Shown in pieces: positions 24,331 through 40,483 of a stretch of 55,763 nt of DNA. The position numbers were made by a program, and so were the translations under genes. The DNA is from Paraspadella gotoi (Eukaryota; Animalia; Chaetognatha). A model generated the notes under the pieces. That model saw only the letters and a list, made by a program, of their open reading frames with translations, was not told the DNA's origin and made no database searches. Where the stretch lies: the NCBI GenBank assembly GCA_051294375.1, contig CM119270.1, positions 17,770,103 to 17,825,865 on the forward strand. The letters run 5' to 3'. The first letter of the stretch is position 1; every line of letters begins with the position of its first letter.

Positions 24331-25062
24331 GCCACTTGGTTTCATTGCCATTGATGCCATTCTGTTTCATCGACGATCAATTTTGCCATCTTTTCGTCTT
24401 GAGCTTCTCATGAGATGGCCATATTTTTTCGACGATAAAAAAAATATGTATTGGTGCCATCTCGATCGATCGTCAATTTCGCCATCCCACCTTTCCCTTT
24501 AATCCTTTCCTCCTCGTTATCCTCCTCCTCCTCCTCCTCCTCGTCCTTCTCATCCTCCTCCTCCCTCCTTCCTCTCCTCAGAGGCCTGGCTAATCAGGCC
24601 AGGGAAGGCCTGTTGGATCTTGGAAGAAGAAAAAAATTAAACGCGGCCTGAAATCACCGTCGACCGACTTTTCTATTTCGTCCATCGCGCTGCCCCCTCT
24701 TCCACACCCCCCTTCCCCAAGCCCAGCGCGACGCGGATGGTTTCGATTTGCGGCGCCGATTTGCGGCGCCGATTACCCCCGTTTCTTCTTTTTCGATTCA
24801 CCCATCAAAACCAATTTCCGGCGCCGAGAGACCGGAAAAGAAGATGGAGGAGGATTGGGAGGAAAGGAAGGAAAGGAGGAAAGGAAAGAAGGGAGGAAAG
24901 GAGGGAGGAGATTCGAGAAGGAAAGAAGAAAGAATGTGCATCGAGGACGAAGGGAGGAAAATGAGGAAAAAAAGGAAGGATGAGGAGAGAGGAAGGAAAT
25001 AGGGTAAAAAATAGGAGGAAGCAGGAAGTGGGAAGGAAAGGAGAGAAGAAGAGAGAAATAAA
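24331..25062 (-). repeat. Inverted copy of ~23000-23750
   Basis: Reverse complement of the segment ~600 bp upstream, with scattered indels and substitutions; abrupt junction at AATCGGATTT/GCCACTTGG. Confidence 0.9.
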
Positions 25063-25137
25063 AACGAGAGACGTCAAAGGCACTCCGGTGAGTCGTGAAG
25101 GTTGAATTCGTCACCTCTCTCTCCCTTCTCCCTCTAT

Positions 25138-25168
<31 letters not shown>

Positions 25169-25172
25169 GTCT

Positions 25173-25207
<35 letters not shown>

Positions 25208-26586
25208 CCCTCTCTCTCCTCTCTCTCTCCCTCTCTCTCCCCTCTCCCCACTCTCTTCTTCCCGAATTCACTGTTCGCTTTCTCTCAAAGGTCGAATTTC
25301 CGAATCGATTTCACGTTGGAAGATTGAGCCTTCCATTTCTTTTTCACGTTCGGGCCCACCTCAATCAATGTCTCGCGCTCCTAATTCAACCTCGCGTAGG
25401 GGTGATGTTAAGTAGGGTAGGTTTTAATGGCAGAGTATCTACGCAATAAAAAACTAATCTTTTCTTCCTGGTTCACGTCCCTCCTTTCCCGGTGCGGCCA
25501 GTCGCTTTGCTATTTTCTGGAACTCCTGTTTTGATTCGTTCGTCCAAGCTTTTTGAACCTACCCGCCTTGCACGGGCCAGTCGCTGTGAAAATGTCAATC
25601 TCTTCACAGTAAACGCCGTTGCCTTCGTTTGTTAAACCGTGAACATTGGAGACATTTTGTATAAAGTTATAAAAGGTGAGGTATTATAAAGGGATTTTAA
25701 TATATTGTGGTGATTTTATTATGTAGAGGTGATTTAATATTCGAAATCCCCTGGAGATTCCAGAGATTTTCATTTCTTTTTTTTTTTTTCTTCCTTTTTT
25801 TCAAAAAAAATTTTTTTTCCATTCATCGGGATCATTTACTCCAGTTCGTCTTTCAATATAAAAAAAAGTTTTCCCATTTAAATCGGTGCCAAGAGCAAAT
25901 CTGTCCGGTAACTATGCGTATAGTGAAAAAAATGTTGGAGAGAGAGAGAGAGAGAGAAAGAAAGGAGAGCAGAGGACGAGAAAGAGAGGAGACGAGAGAG
26001 AGTGACGAGAGGATAAAGTGATGACGAGACGGAGAGAGAACGGAGAGGAGAGAGAGAGAGGAGAAAGGAGAGAGAGAAGAGGAGGGAGAAAGATGGAAGA
26101 CAGACATACAGTCATTACTTGACGCAGCAGATATGAAGTGATGCAGGCAGTTTTACAGATGCCCGGACAAAACATGTCAGTAAAAGAATGAAAGATTTAC
26201 CCAGAACGACAAGCAGACAGACATACCCACAGACAGACACACAGAACAAGAGATAGACCAGACAGACTGAGAGCCAGGCTCAAATTGGAAGCGCAAAGGA
26301 GAAGAAGCAGATTTAAGTAAAGGGAATCATCATAATTTGCCGTGTTGCGTACCCGGTTTTTTAATGGGAAAAAAAAAAATTTTTGGAATAAGTTATTTTT
26401 CTCTCCCCCCATCCCGCATTCCCCCTTTCAATTTCAAGAACCGCGAATTCAAAACAAATGTTAATACCTTTTATGATAGGATTTTATTAAAATAATATAC
26501 CCTCTTTCTATCTCTCTTTTTTTGACCGAAAAACGCTTTGTCAAAAAAATATTTTAGCATGACGATTAAACGGAGAGAAGAGAGAG

Positions 26587-26617
<31 letters not shown>

Positions 26618-29600
26618 CGAGGAGAAGAGAGAGAGAGAGAGAGGAGAGACGAGAGAGAGGACAACTTTTTTTATTATCGTAAAAAGAAAGATAGAAATGG
26701 AGTGAGCGACGAGAAGAAGAGAGAGAAAAAGAGAGATTAGAAAGAGACGAGAGGGAGAGATGAGAGATGAGAGAGAGAGAGATGAGAGAAGAGAGAGAAG
26801 AGAGAGAGAGAGGAGAGAGAAGAAGAGAAGCGAATCCCATTTTTATAGGGTTGTCAATTATTTTCCGTCTCATTTTTTTTCTCTTCGTTCTTTATGACGC
26901 CAACGATTTTTTTATTTTTTTATTTTTATTTTTAGTTTATTTTTTTTCTTAATATTCTTTTCTCATCTTTATTTTCTTTCTCTTAGTCTTTTACTTTTTT
27001 CTCCATCTCGCTTAATGTCTTCTCTTTTTTACAAGCGACATTTATTTTAAAAGTTTTTTTTTTCTCATTCCTCCGCCTAATTTATATAAACGCATTTCTT
27101 TCCATTCAAGGTTCGTTTTACGTCTTTACTCACATAGTTAACTCAGTTCATTTATAATATCGTTTATATTATCTCGTTCCCTTCTTCTTTCGGACGCGAA
27201 AAAAAAATAAGCTATTAAAGCAGCTTTTTTTCCGTGCTTCCTTCAAGCGTCCTTCGCATCTTTATGACAACAACGCATATAAAGACTCGACAGATTTATT
27301 TCTCTTTCGTTTTAAAAATAATATGGACTAAGTTTTAAAAAAAAAATTGTTTATCCGCTTTTATTTATATACTATAATTTTTTTTCTCGATATCATTTAT
27401 TTTTTTTCCCTTATAGCTTCTCGTTCTCCATTTAATTCCCACCGTTTTTATTTCTCGCGAGTTTTCCTCCACCGCCTGATGTCGCCTGAAGCCGCCTGAT
27501 ACCGTCTGATACCGCCCGATGCCGCCGATACCCGCCTGATACCGCCTGACGCCTCCCGATGCACATCTTAAAACCGAAAACGAAGCGACGTGACTGGCAA
27601 AAGTTTGCCACACTGAATTCAAACCCTCAGAGAGAATGACAATCAACCGACGTCGATTTTAACCACGTGAGGCGCTTCATCTCTCACAGTCACAATCCGG
27701 AGTGAAAATTAATCCTGAAAACTTTAATTCACATCTGAACCTCAACTCGAGGCTTTTTCACTCTGTTTGACAACAATTCTAAATTTAATTGACGCCATTC
27801 GCAATCTTTCTCAAATCACTTTTAAATTACTCGACGATCGCTCTCCATATCACTCGCCGATCGCTCTCTGAATCACTGCGATCGCTTCTCTAATCACTCT
27901 CCGATCGCTCTTCCTAAATTCATTCGCCCATCGTTCTCTCTCGAAATCGACCTTGGGAGACTTCCTTTCATCTGGGCCTCAATCGAGTCACCACTTGATC
28001 AAAGCCCGCGAATCGTTGCTCTGAACTTACCCAGTCGAACCTCACCCATTCCTTCTTCACACTTTCTCATCATTCCCCCTTCTTCCTCACTTCCTTCCTC
28101 ATCTTATAACTTTACCTGAAACCCACCTGCACGTTCCTCACCCGTTAACCCTCTTTTTTCTCAGAAACGAGACTTGTACCAAAAATAACCTAACTTTTCG
28201 TGTCGGGTCGTTTTCCGATCGAGTCGTCGGAAGGGCGCCTCACACTGCCTTACCCTCGGCGCCTCACCCTGACTTACCCTCGGCGCCGCACTCCCTTCCC
28301 CGAGCACCGGACGTCGCCCCCGAAATCGTCGCCAGGGGCGCTTCGTTCCGCCCAAATAGGCTTCTTGGCTTTCTAAGCGATATCGAACGAGAGGAATTAA
28401 GGTAGAGTTTAGGGGTTTGGGGTTTGGGCGTTTGCGGGTTTGGGGGTTTGGGGTTTGGAGTTTAGGGTTTAGGTGGCGTTATATAGGTTTAATGTTTAGA
28501 GTTTAGTGTTTTGGGGTTAAGTTTGGGGTTTAGGCGTTTAGGGGTTTAGTGTTTGGGGTTTGTGTTTAGGGTTTAGGGGTTTAGGGTTTAGGGTTTATGT
28601 TTGGGGTTTTTGGGTTTAGGGTTAGGGTTTTAGGCGTAGGGTTTAGCGGTTTATGTTTGGGTATTGGGTTTAGGGTTTGGAGTTTTAAGTTTTAGGGTTT
28701 AGGATTAAGCTGCTCTTAATCATAGAGATATGAAATTGCTACAAACAAAATAAAAAGTTTGCTACAAAGATTTCTCCACCCTTTCCTGTCAAACCTTCAA
28801 AGTCATCCCTTTCTACATAAACCAATCAAAACGTTTTCCACTTGTTCCCAACCCAACCCCGCCAGCCTGCACTTTGGCGAGACCACTTCCGCCTTAGATT
28901 CAGTTAAGCGACCCTCATTTGCGAAGACGACCGACGACGACTGACGACGGACGACGAGAAAGACGAAGTGAGAGAAGGACGACGACAAACGACAATGACG
29001 CATAACGACAAAGAGAAGACGACGTATGACTACGACGAATCTGCGCCTCTTAGCCTTGCGTTTTATCGATAAATAACAACCAAAAAACGGTTATCATCAA
29101 AAAAGAGAAAACACAAAGACAAATGGACGATTGGGATGATTGAAAAAAATAGAAAAATTACGATGAAAACGATGAAGACGAAGATGAAGATGACCGAAGA
29201 AGAAGAGGACAAACTACGGACAACGAACGAAGACGAAGGACCGGACGGACCAGTGTAAGCGATCGTCTTTTCTTTTTCATTATTCCTCCTTTTTTATGAC
29301 CATTTTAAGGGGCGCCCATTACTTATGCACGAACGCGTGCTCAAAAAGGGAGAGAGAGAGAGAGAGATGAGATGAGAGATAAGAGAGAGAGACGAGAGAG
29401 ATGAGAGAGAGGCGACTGAGAGCGAGAAAGAGCGGAGAGAGAGAGAAAGAGAGAGATGAGAGCGAAAAGGAGAGGAAAAATTTACTTATTTCTAAAAAAC
29501 AAAGGGACAAAATTAAGCGTAAAAGGGAGGAAAAAGGTTTAAAGAGAGAAAAGAGTGAGTTTGAGAGAGAGAGAGCAGAGAGCAGAGATGAGAGAAGATA

Positions 29601-31383
29601 GAGAGAGAGAGAAGAGAGACGAGAGAGAGAGAGAGAGACGGACGAACCGGAGTCTTTTTTTGTGAATTTGGACCTTTGTCCCATCTCGTGTTTCACATGA
29701 ATCTTCCATTTTGTTCCCTGTTGTGGAGCCTCATCCCATTTCAACTTGGTTCTCTCCTCAAGTTTTAACTTGTTTGTCTTAATGTCCAAAAGGTCGCAAA
29801 GGGCGTCTCTCCGGATTTGGACTTGGAGGAAGGGAAGAGATAAATTTTAGTTGTAACAATTATTTATGAATAGTAAACTATAAACTTGACGTAATGATCA
29901 GCGATTCGATTTCGATTTCTAAGAAATATTTAAATGAATAAAAGTCCGATCGATGAATCTTCATGAAAGTTTCTTCCCGCTTTGTTTTCTTAAAAATTAA
30001 GTTGCTATATGTTCCTTTTCCTGTTTTAGCTTTTCTTTTTTCCCTTTTTTCTTTCCTTTCCACATTTTTCTCCCTGGATTTTTTACGAAGAGATTCAGTG
30101 GTTATATCATCCGGTTCATTAATTCCTACTCTTCTTATTTTGTCTTCTCCTCTTCATCCCTCCTTTGCCTCTCTCATTTCCTCCTCATTTCCTCCCTTTT
30201 CGTCCTCTTTCTCTTCCTCCTCTTCAAACCTCCTCTTCCTTCTTTCTCCTCATCGACCTGAACCGATCGAACACAATCCCGAGTGAGAAATTCCAACCCG
30301 AATTTGATGGCAGGGAAATTCGGACATTCGGCTGCGGAAGGTCGTTCGTTCTCGTCTTTTTTCGTCGTCGTCGTTCGTCGTGTAATCATTGTCATTTGTC
30401 GGCGGGTCTCGTAGTCGGTCGTTTTCGTATCATAGTCGTCGACTTAGGAGTACGTCGGTCGTCAGCATCGTCATCGTCTTTTGTTTCGTCGTCATTCTTA
30501 GCTGCCATCTCATCCTCATCGCAATCGTACACAGAGTCGTCGTTTTCGTTCATTGCAGTCGTCGTCATCGTCGTCAAAATGTCGTCGTCGACTTCTTTCG
30601 TCGTCATCGTCGCTCTTTCGCATCATTGTCGGCATTGCTCGTCGTCGTGCTCGTCGTCGCCATCATCATCGGTCTTTTTTTTTTTTCAAGTGTGGGTCGC
30701 GGACTTTCCTTACTTTTGTTTTGTTGTCGTCATCAGTTATCGTTAAAGGACGCTCGTTTATTTTTCCCAGGGTTCGATTTGCTTTCTCTAGAAAATTTGT
30801 TCGAAAACTCTTTAATATGTATTTTATATGGTATCAGTTAATATTGATCTTATTAATCGAAATTTGTTTCGTGTGAATAAATTTCGGCCGCAAAATAATT
30901 AAGTCAATCCCAAAATCACTAGTCTTCAATAAAGAAATCAAACAATCAAATCAATTCAACAATCAATCAATCAATCAATTAATCAATCAATCAATCAATT
31001 CAATCAATCAATCAATCAATCAATTAATCAATCAATCAATCAATCAATTCCAATCATCCGTAAAAACAATCAATTCAAGCAATAAATTAATCAAAACAAA
31101 TGATCCCTGTATCATCATTATGATCTTTTTTCCATGTGATTTAACATGTTTTTTTCAGCTTTTTCTTTTTGACCCTTTTAATTTTAATTTAGTTTTTCTT
31201 TCCTCCAAAAATTCTTTCCATCGTTTTTGTTTTCTTTCTTTCTTTTCCTTTCTCAATTTTTTATTCGCTCTCAATTTGAAATTTTCATCACGTTGATCTG
31301 TAGTTCACGTGACCTCCTATGTCACTTCGCTCTCGAATGAAAATTCTATTAATATGTTAAATTCACCTTCAAAATCACCAACG

Positions 31384-31386
<3 letters not shown>
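25063..31386 (+). repeat. Error-rich direct copy of 16697-22452 (probable assembly redundancy)
   Basis: Colinear with the first copy throughout, differs by frequent 1-2 bp insertions, and reads through the 25-N gaps at 18342 and 22453. Confidence 0.92.
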
Positions 31387-32826
<1,440 letters not shown>

Positions 32827-32959
32827 NNNNNNNNNNNNNNNNNNNNNNNNNAGCCCAGAGTCGAGACGAGGAGAGAGATAGAGAGAAGAGAAGGGAGAGA
32901 GGAGAGATGATGAGGAGAGGAGAGAGAGAGAGAGAGACGAGAGAGAGGGAGGAGAGAGA

Positions 32960-35900
32960 GGAGGAAGATTATCCACAAGATTTAGAGGGGCCGATTCTGC
33001 TCCTTGTTGTATTACGAAGCAGAGAAAGAAGGAATGGGAACATTTTCTCCCTAGGCCTCCCTCCTAGGTATATTCGTCTCCCTGCTTTTTTTTGTTTATC
33101 TCTCTCTTAAAAAAACCCAATCCAAGGGCACAGAGGCCGGAGGAATATTATTTATAATTTCACCTCTCAAAAGCCCCACGATTACATACGAAAGTACTTA
33201 CGGGATAGAAAAGAAGGAAAGGAAAGGAAAAATAAGAGCAAGAGGAGATCTGGTTCTAAACATCCACGCCCAAATTCACTCTTAAACGTGTAAGAACAGG
33301 AGCCGGAAAGCACAGAAGCAAGGACAGAATATCTTCATTTTTTGATTTTCTTTCAAGCAAAAAGAAAAAGTATTGTTAATTTGTTCGTTGCTTTCCAGTC
33401 ACCTGCCCTCACTCCACGTAACTATGCGTGCCGTATTCTTGCCCCGAAAATGTTAAGAAAAACAACGGACGACGATCGGAGCAGAGAAAAGAAACCGAAA
33501 TGACCTAATGTGGCAAAGTTTAAGGTTTTTGGGGTCAACCTTTCACTGATACCAGTAAGTGAATTTGATATAGATTAAAACATTTGTATAACCTGTCCAC
33601 TACAAATGTGCCGATGACAGGATGATCGATTCTAGACCTCTATACTTAATAACATTGTCTTATTACAAAATTATTGAAGTTCAAAATTATCTATCAAGAG
33701 AGAGGGAGGAAATAGATTATATCATAAATCAATGCGATTGACTTCTGAGGGTTGAAACGCGAGGGGGAAAAGAAAAAAGTAGCAGATAGCAAAGCAGAGC
33801 ATCGTGTAAGAGGAAGGAACCAGAAGAAAGAGAGCCTGGAAAAGAAAATAGAAGAAGGGTATCAGCAGAAAAAGATAAGGAAAAAAAAACAAAAGAAAGG
33901 GAAGAGAAAAAAGAAAAATGAATAGGTGGAAAAAAAAAGAAGAGAGAGGGAAGCGGTTGGAGAAAAGAGCAAGGAAAATTGTAGGAAGGGAAAGAAAGGG
34001 AAAAATGTGCAAGACGACGGAGTCACGGCAACAAAAAATAAACAGATTAGGAAATTGAGGTAACGAAATTAGTGGAAGATGGAAAGGAAAAAAAAGATAA
34101 CGGTGAGAGATGAGAATGGATGATGAAAACACTAGAATGCAGTTCGGCGGTTGAGGGAAAGAGCCTTGAACAGGGAAAGAGTCTAGTGGAAGAGGTGAGA
34201 AGAGGAAGAGCGAGCGAAAAAGCAAAGCGAACGAGAAAAGAAGGGCTAAAAAGGAAAAAGAAGAGCAAAGGCACAGCGAAAAGAGAAAGCGAAAGAAGAC
34301 ACTACAACACTGTGTTCTTTTTAGTTTAAAGATGGAAGAGCGACTGAGGGAAAGAAAATCAAAGAAGGACAGAAAGGCGAGAAAAGAAAAGTCGAGAAAA
34401 TAAGTAAAGATAAGGAAAGAAAAAGAAAGGAAAAAGCGAAATACAAAATAAAGAAGAAAAGATAAAAGAAAAATAGAAAAAGGAGGAAAGGAAAGGAGAA
34501 GTGTACAAGAGAAAAAGAAGAAAAAGGAAGAAGAATAAATTGCGCGAGGATAAGTAGAACGAGAAAAAGAATCGGATCGAGAGGAAGTATACGTTCTTTG
34601 AATCCCCTGCCTTAGTAAAAAACAGATAACTAAGACTTTTCTCGTCTCTCTCTCAGTTATCTCTCTCTCTCTTCTCTTCTCTCTGCTCTCTCTCTCTCTA
34701 CCTCAGCTCTACTCTCTCTTCTCTACTCATGCTCTCCTCACTCTCACATCTTACTAACTGATACATTTCAGTAATCATACTCATTCGAAGATTTTATTTT
34801 CTTTATATCTATTGACATCTAAAACCTCTATTTTTGAAATAAAAATTGGAATCAACTAAACCCCAAGATAAGAATTTCTACGTTAAAAATAAAATTCGAT
34901 ACAAAAAATATTAAATATACATTTCACAAGTCAAAATTAAAAAATATATTTTAAGTAGCAAAATACTAGGAAGATAGAATTAAATACTGGAAAGAAATAA
35001 CGCGGTAAGGAATGAGAAAGAAGTAACTATGGCATAAAAATTATAATATATGAAATAACGAGATAGACATAACTAAATTAAGCTAAGTAAGAAATGTAAA
35101 TCAATGAAGTCCACAACAAATGAAAAATACATATGAAATTAACAGCATGAATGTAAAGATGGAAGACTTATTGTAGAAAGTGTAACCCAAATATTCAAAG
35201 ACCCCAAAAAAAAAAGAGAGAGAAAAAAAAACCTTGTTAAATCAAGCAATAAATGCCACAAAATCTGATACGACCCAAATTTCAAAAGTTATTATAAAAG
35301 GATTTGGACGACCCTTTCTTTTCAGACCCGTGGGGTGGTAAAGAACCCAGTTTTTTTGGGCGGCCCCAAAGACTGCATCGCCGCAGCCGAGGAATACAGA
35401 CGAAATTTCTCACGAAAAAAAAAAGGAAAAAAAAAATAGAGAAAGAAAGAAAGAAAATTATAACTTCGAGTCAAAGAATAAGCATAATAAAAAAGAATAT
35501 AAATTTGAAAAACAATGAAAAAAAAACAAAAAAAAAGAACAAGAAAGAATGAAGAAGAGAAAGTTCAAGAAAAAGAAACAGAAATCAAGGAGGGGAAAGA
35601 AAAAAAAAAAAAAAAAAAAAACAAAAAAAAAGAAAAAAAGAAAAAGAAAAGGAAAAGAAAAAAAGATAAAGTTCAAAGAAAAGAAAAATGCAAACAAATG
35701 ATCGAAGAAAGATAGAAAGAAAAAAAGAAAGAACATAAAATAGATGAGAAGAAATCCCAAGAAAAAAGTCCAAGAAGAAATCCGAAAAGAAAGATCAAAA
35801 AAAGAAAAGATTGCAAAGAACATCAAGTTGCACAAAGAAAAAAGTAATCAAAAGAATATAAATAATTAATAAGTCAAAGAAAAAAAACAATAAATACAAA

Positions 35901-38780
35901 GCAGAGCCAAAAAAAACAATGAGAGCGAAACAAAGGAGAAAAGTCCTCAAAATTGGAAAATAAAGAAAAACTCGAAAGAAATCAAAAAAGAAAGCAAAGA
36001 TGAAGTAACGGGAAGAGCAAAGAGAAGAAAGAAGAAAAAGACAGTCCCAATAGAATCCTGAAAGTAATACACAAAGAAATAATATCCCAAAAAAAGAAGA
36101 CAGGAAAGAATATATAAGAAGAATGCGACCTGCCCAACTTAATATTCTTTAATATGTATAAGTACTATAATACTTAATACACACATAAGTACATTTACCA
36201 AGATAGTGATATATAAGAACAGAGACACGGTTCTAAGAAAGGAAAGAAAAGAAGCGACATCGAAAAAGACGGAAAATCACGTCTAAGTGAAATATATACT
36301 TTAAGATTAAAGAAAGATTTCAATATGAATAAAAAAAAAACAAAAGCCGACCACTAGAAAGGACTAGCTCGCCTTAGATTTGACACGGGGTTTTTTTTTC
36401 ACTGCCAATTTAAAAAATGAGACAAATCAAGAAAATAGAAACAAGTTAAGTAAAAAGGACAAGCGTTTTCCACCATAACACTATAGTGCCACACCGCAGG
36501 ACGATGCTCATTTTATTATTGGCGGGAGGCAGGGGCAGACTACCACCGCTATCTTCCCGACACGAATCGTATCCACCCGCAACAACACCAGCTCACTCTA
36601 CTGCGAGTGCTCCCGCCGAGTATTTCGCGGCTCCGCAATATATATATCCCAAAAACACTCCACACACCAACATCCAAAGGAGCGTCGGCAGAAGAAAGCA
36701 GAAAAAAAAGAGAAAATCGAGCAACGAGAGTCGCAGGCGCCATGATCCTTATATATATTAAAGATGAACAGAAAAATCTCCTCTATACAGAGTCGGCCGG
36801 CACCAAATCAGTCTCCACCGTCCCTCATATTTCCCCACGCCCCGCGACCACTCATCTCGCGTGCGTCTTCACGACTTCCCCTGCCTCTGTTGGGACAGAT
36901 ATACACACGGCCAACCCCCCACCATGTAGCAAGAGAATGCGATATAACGAACAAAGAAAAAAAACAATCATATATATAGTATCACCGCGTGCCGAATAGA
37001 GGCCCTATAACTTTAATCTTCTTGTAGTGATTGTTGACAGCTTTGGTCACCTTTTCTTCTGTGCATGAGTACGTAGCTGGCTGCAATCTTTTATTCTCCC
37101 TTTTCCTTTTATCGCATTTAGAGCAGATTTTCCTTGATATATTATAACTCTCTCCACACCACTTTCTTTCTATTTTTTATTCTCTCATACTTCATCTCTC
37201 TATTATTTTTATATCTTCTCTTCACTCTCTCTCATTACTTCTCTTTCTTATATCTCTCTTTCACTCTCTCTATTTTATTACTTAACTCACTCAACATCCG
37301 CGCCTTCTTCTGTTTACAACTTATATATTTTGTCCGTGATCTCATCACACCACCGTACTTATCTGATACTTCTGCCTATCTTCTATATGTATTTAGGTTC
37401 CAACCTGAAATTAGATCATATAATTTATTACTATTACCCATCACTGTGATGAAAGCACCTGCGATACTAAAACCTAATACTTGTACTGGTGAATCTATAA
37501 AGTAAGTATTGCAATTCATGAGTAATAGGCTTTATGATTGTTTTGTATATTGGTTATATGGTTAAGTAAAAATTATAAATAGTCAATTATTTTTTCTATG
37601 ACTTACAAAATCATTTATAAACATTCATTTTTATTTGAATTGATTGATTGTTTACATAATAGTTTCTATTATTTATCAGTTCATTTTATATGCTATTCAT
37701 ATTGAGTAGCACCATATGAGATGACCACAAAATCATACTATCCCTAATATACTACAAGTTCCATAATGACAATTCATATCTATTTCTTCTATTCTTTCAC
37801 TCCCATATATTAACCTAACCTTTCCTTTGCCCATTTCCCTCAATTTATATTCTTCTAAATCAGCCACTCACCTCTTTCTTCTTAACGGTGATATCCAAAT
37901 CGCTTACCTCCAACCGTTTATCTATATTGATGTCCTTCCGCGAGTTCTTGACAAGCGAACCGATGTATCTTTAAGCACGAGTGTTGCTCGGACCCGTCCC
38001 TAGGACATTATTTCACTTTCACAGCTCACAAATCAAATTGATTAACAAACGTAAAAACACAATTGCTAAAAACTCTGGTTCAAAAAGATGAAGAAAGAAA
38101 AAAAAACATGTTCTATTCATTTTGAAATCTTCAAAATGATACCCTAAGTACGATTCCCTAAAAACCTATAACGAATATTAAACCCCGTTGTATGCCATAG
38201 ATGCGCCTTTGGCGTGTATTGCAAGAGGGACAACACTATTCTTTCTCCCTAAGCATGAATTTAAAATCTTAAAATTAAAATAAAAATATATTCTAATACC
38301 TAGAAATTCTATTTCAAACATTTAAAATCCCTCGACACATCCGCACCGCTCACTTGCCTCGTCCGGACCAAATGACAAATGGAAACGCTTTCATTATCAA
38401 CTCCCTCTCCCGATTCTCTCTCCACTCTGCTCTCCATTCTCCCCTCTACCCAACTCTCTATCTTTCCATCTCGCATCCATCTCTCTCGCGAAAATAACGA
38501 CTAAAAAAAAAACAGGGTTTTTAACTCCATCGCCAACAAAATGCATGCAAACATGAGCAGAAAATAGGCGCCTTCCGAAACGGAAACCAGGACAATAAAA
38601 ACTTGCCTTGTTAAAAAAAAGAGAAACAGAACTAATCCAGCCAGCCAGGAGATTGACCGCAATCCCTGAGGACAATCTAATCTGACCCGCGGGAATATGC
38701 AACATTCCCCCTTGGGGAACAGTATTGGAAAAATAGAACCCATTTGATCTATTGAACCCGTTGACGCCCCTTGACTGAGA
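32960..38780 (+). other. Very noisy, insertion-inflated copy of ~39745-41930 (raw long-read-like)
   Basis: Colinear anchors: CTCTCTTAAAAAAAC (33103/39826), AAAGACCC..AAAAAGAGAGAGAAAAAAAA (35197/40620), CCAGTTTTTT..AAAGACTGCATCGC (~35347/40723), TTGATCTATTGA..CCCGTTGAC (38744/41898). Confidence 0.8.
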
Positions 38781-39744
38781 GAGGCGGCAGAGAGATGAGA
38801 GAGAGAGAAACGAATGTAATTGACGATGTATAACCCCTTAGATGCAGCAGTATGAATGCACCCGAGACGACACAGAGACGAATGAGTGCGGCACGAATGC
38901 CCGTTGAGCCGATGAGTTCAAGCGGCAGGTGATGGGATGCGAGAGATTAATCTGTCGTCATTTGTGAGGTTAGGTTTTATTTGTATGTGTCACGCCCAGA
39001 GGGAACCCAGAGATAAGTTGATAGAGGCCCGGAGAGAGAGAGGCGGAGGAGAAAAAAAAACAGTTTTGCCCTCTCCTTTTCGGAGAAGGAGAGAGAGCCG
39101 ACCACCACCTTAGAACATTTGGGAGGAAAGATGAATTGTAAGAACAGAGAGAGAGACGGGTGAGAGAAAAGAGAAATTGGTCAGGATTGACAGGGAGAAA
39201 ATAAACCAAATATAGAGATGTATGAGAATAAATGAAACCAAATAGAGAAGATATGCTTTTAGAATTAATGATTATCCAGAACAATGTCATCCAAAGTTCC
39301 GAACCAAAAACGTGCAGATATGTTTGAATGGCAATGAACCATATTATTTACTTCTAGTTTTCTATAATCAATAACTAAAAGAAAATCTATCCAGTTAAAT
39401 CCTCGTTAATTAACTTCTTATAATTTCTCTTCCTTCATTTTCTTGTTGTTTATTTGGTTTTCCTTTGATCACCGATAGCGACAAAGTCCGATTCCGCCGA
39501 CGACGTGCGACGGAGCAGATCGTGTGGTGACTCGTCCCCTTCTTTGTTTTTTTTTTTTTTTTTGGTGATCTGATGTCGTCGTCGTGCGTCGTCGTCGGTC
39601 GTTCGCTAGTCGTCGTCTTGCATTCGTCGTGGGCGTTTGTCGTCGCGAACAGACGAGACGTAAATGTCTTTTTTCTTTTTTTCTTTTTTAATTCTTTAAA
39701 TATTTTACTTAACTCGGAAGCATGATTTACTTATGATCTCCTCG

Positions 39745-40200
39745 AGATATCACAGATAGAGGGCGATTGCTGTATTGACGAAGAAGAATGGAACATTTCT
39801 CGGCCGGCGTCTCGTTTTTTTTTCTCTCTCTTAAAAAAACAAAATCCAGAGCCGAGGATGAAACCCGAATCTTGGGATAGGAAAAGAAGGAGGAAAGGAA
39901 AGAAGAGGGAGGAAAGGGAGGAAAGAAGAAAGAGAGGGAGGGAGGAAGTAAAGGAAGGGACGGGAAAAGGGAGGGAGGGAGGAAGGGAGGAAAGAAAGGA
40001 AGGAAGAGGGAGGAAAGAAGGAAGAGAGGGAGGGAGGAAATGTAGGAAGGGAAAGAAGGGAAAAGGAAGGGACGGAGGAAAGGGAGGAAGGGAAAGGAAA
40101 AAGGTGAGATGAAAGGAGGGGGCGAGGGGAACGAAAGAGGGAAGAAGGAAGAGAGGAAGCAGAGAGGGAGGAAAGCGTGAGAGCGACGAGAAAATAAAGA
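39745..40200 (-). repeat. Inverted copy of ~22480-22905
   Basis: TCACAGATAGAGGGCGAT, CATTTCTCGGCCGGCGTCTCG and CCAGAGCC..GAGGATGAAACCCGAATCTTGG are reverse complements of 22770-22900. Confidence 0.9.
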
Positions 40201-40249
40201 AGAAGGAAAGGGAGGAAGTGAGGGAAATAAAGAGGAAAGAAAAAGAGAA

Positions 40250-40483
40250 NNNNNNNNNNNNNNNNNNNNNNNNNNNNNNNNNNNNNNNNNNNNNNNNNNN
40301 NNNNNNNNNNNNNNNNNNNNNNNNNNNNNNNNNNNNNNNNNNNNNNNNNNNNNNNNNNNNNNNNNNNNNNNNNNNNNNNNNNNNNNNNNNNNNNNNNNNN
40401 NNNNNNNNNNNNNNNNNNNNNNNNNNNNNNNNNNNNNNNNNNNNNNNNNNNNNNNNNNNNNNNNNNNNNNNNNNNNNNNNNNN
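40250..40483. other. Sized scaffold gap (also 43557-43865, 49983-50189, 50620-50844, 52757-52911, 53295-53893, 54703-54897, 55416-55622)
   Basis: N runs, several abutting (CT)n or purine tracts. Confidence 0.99.
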
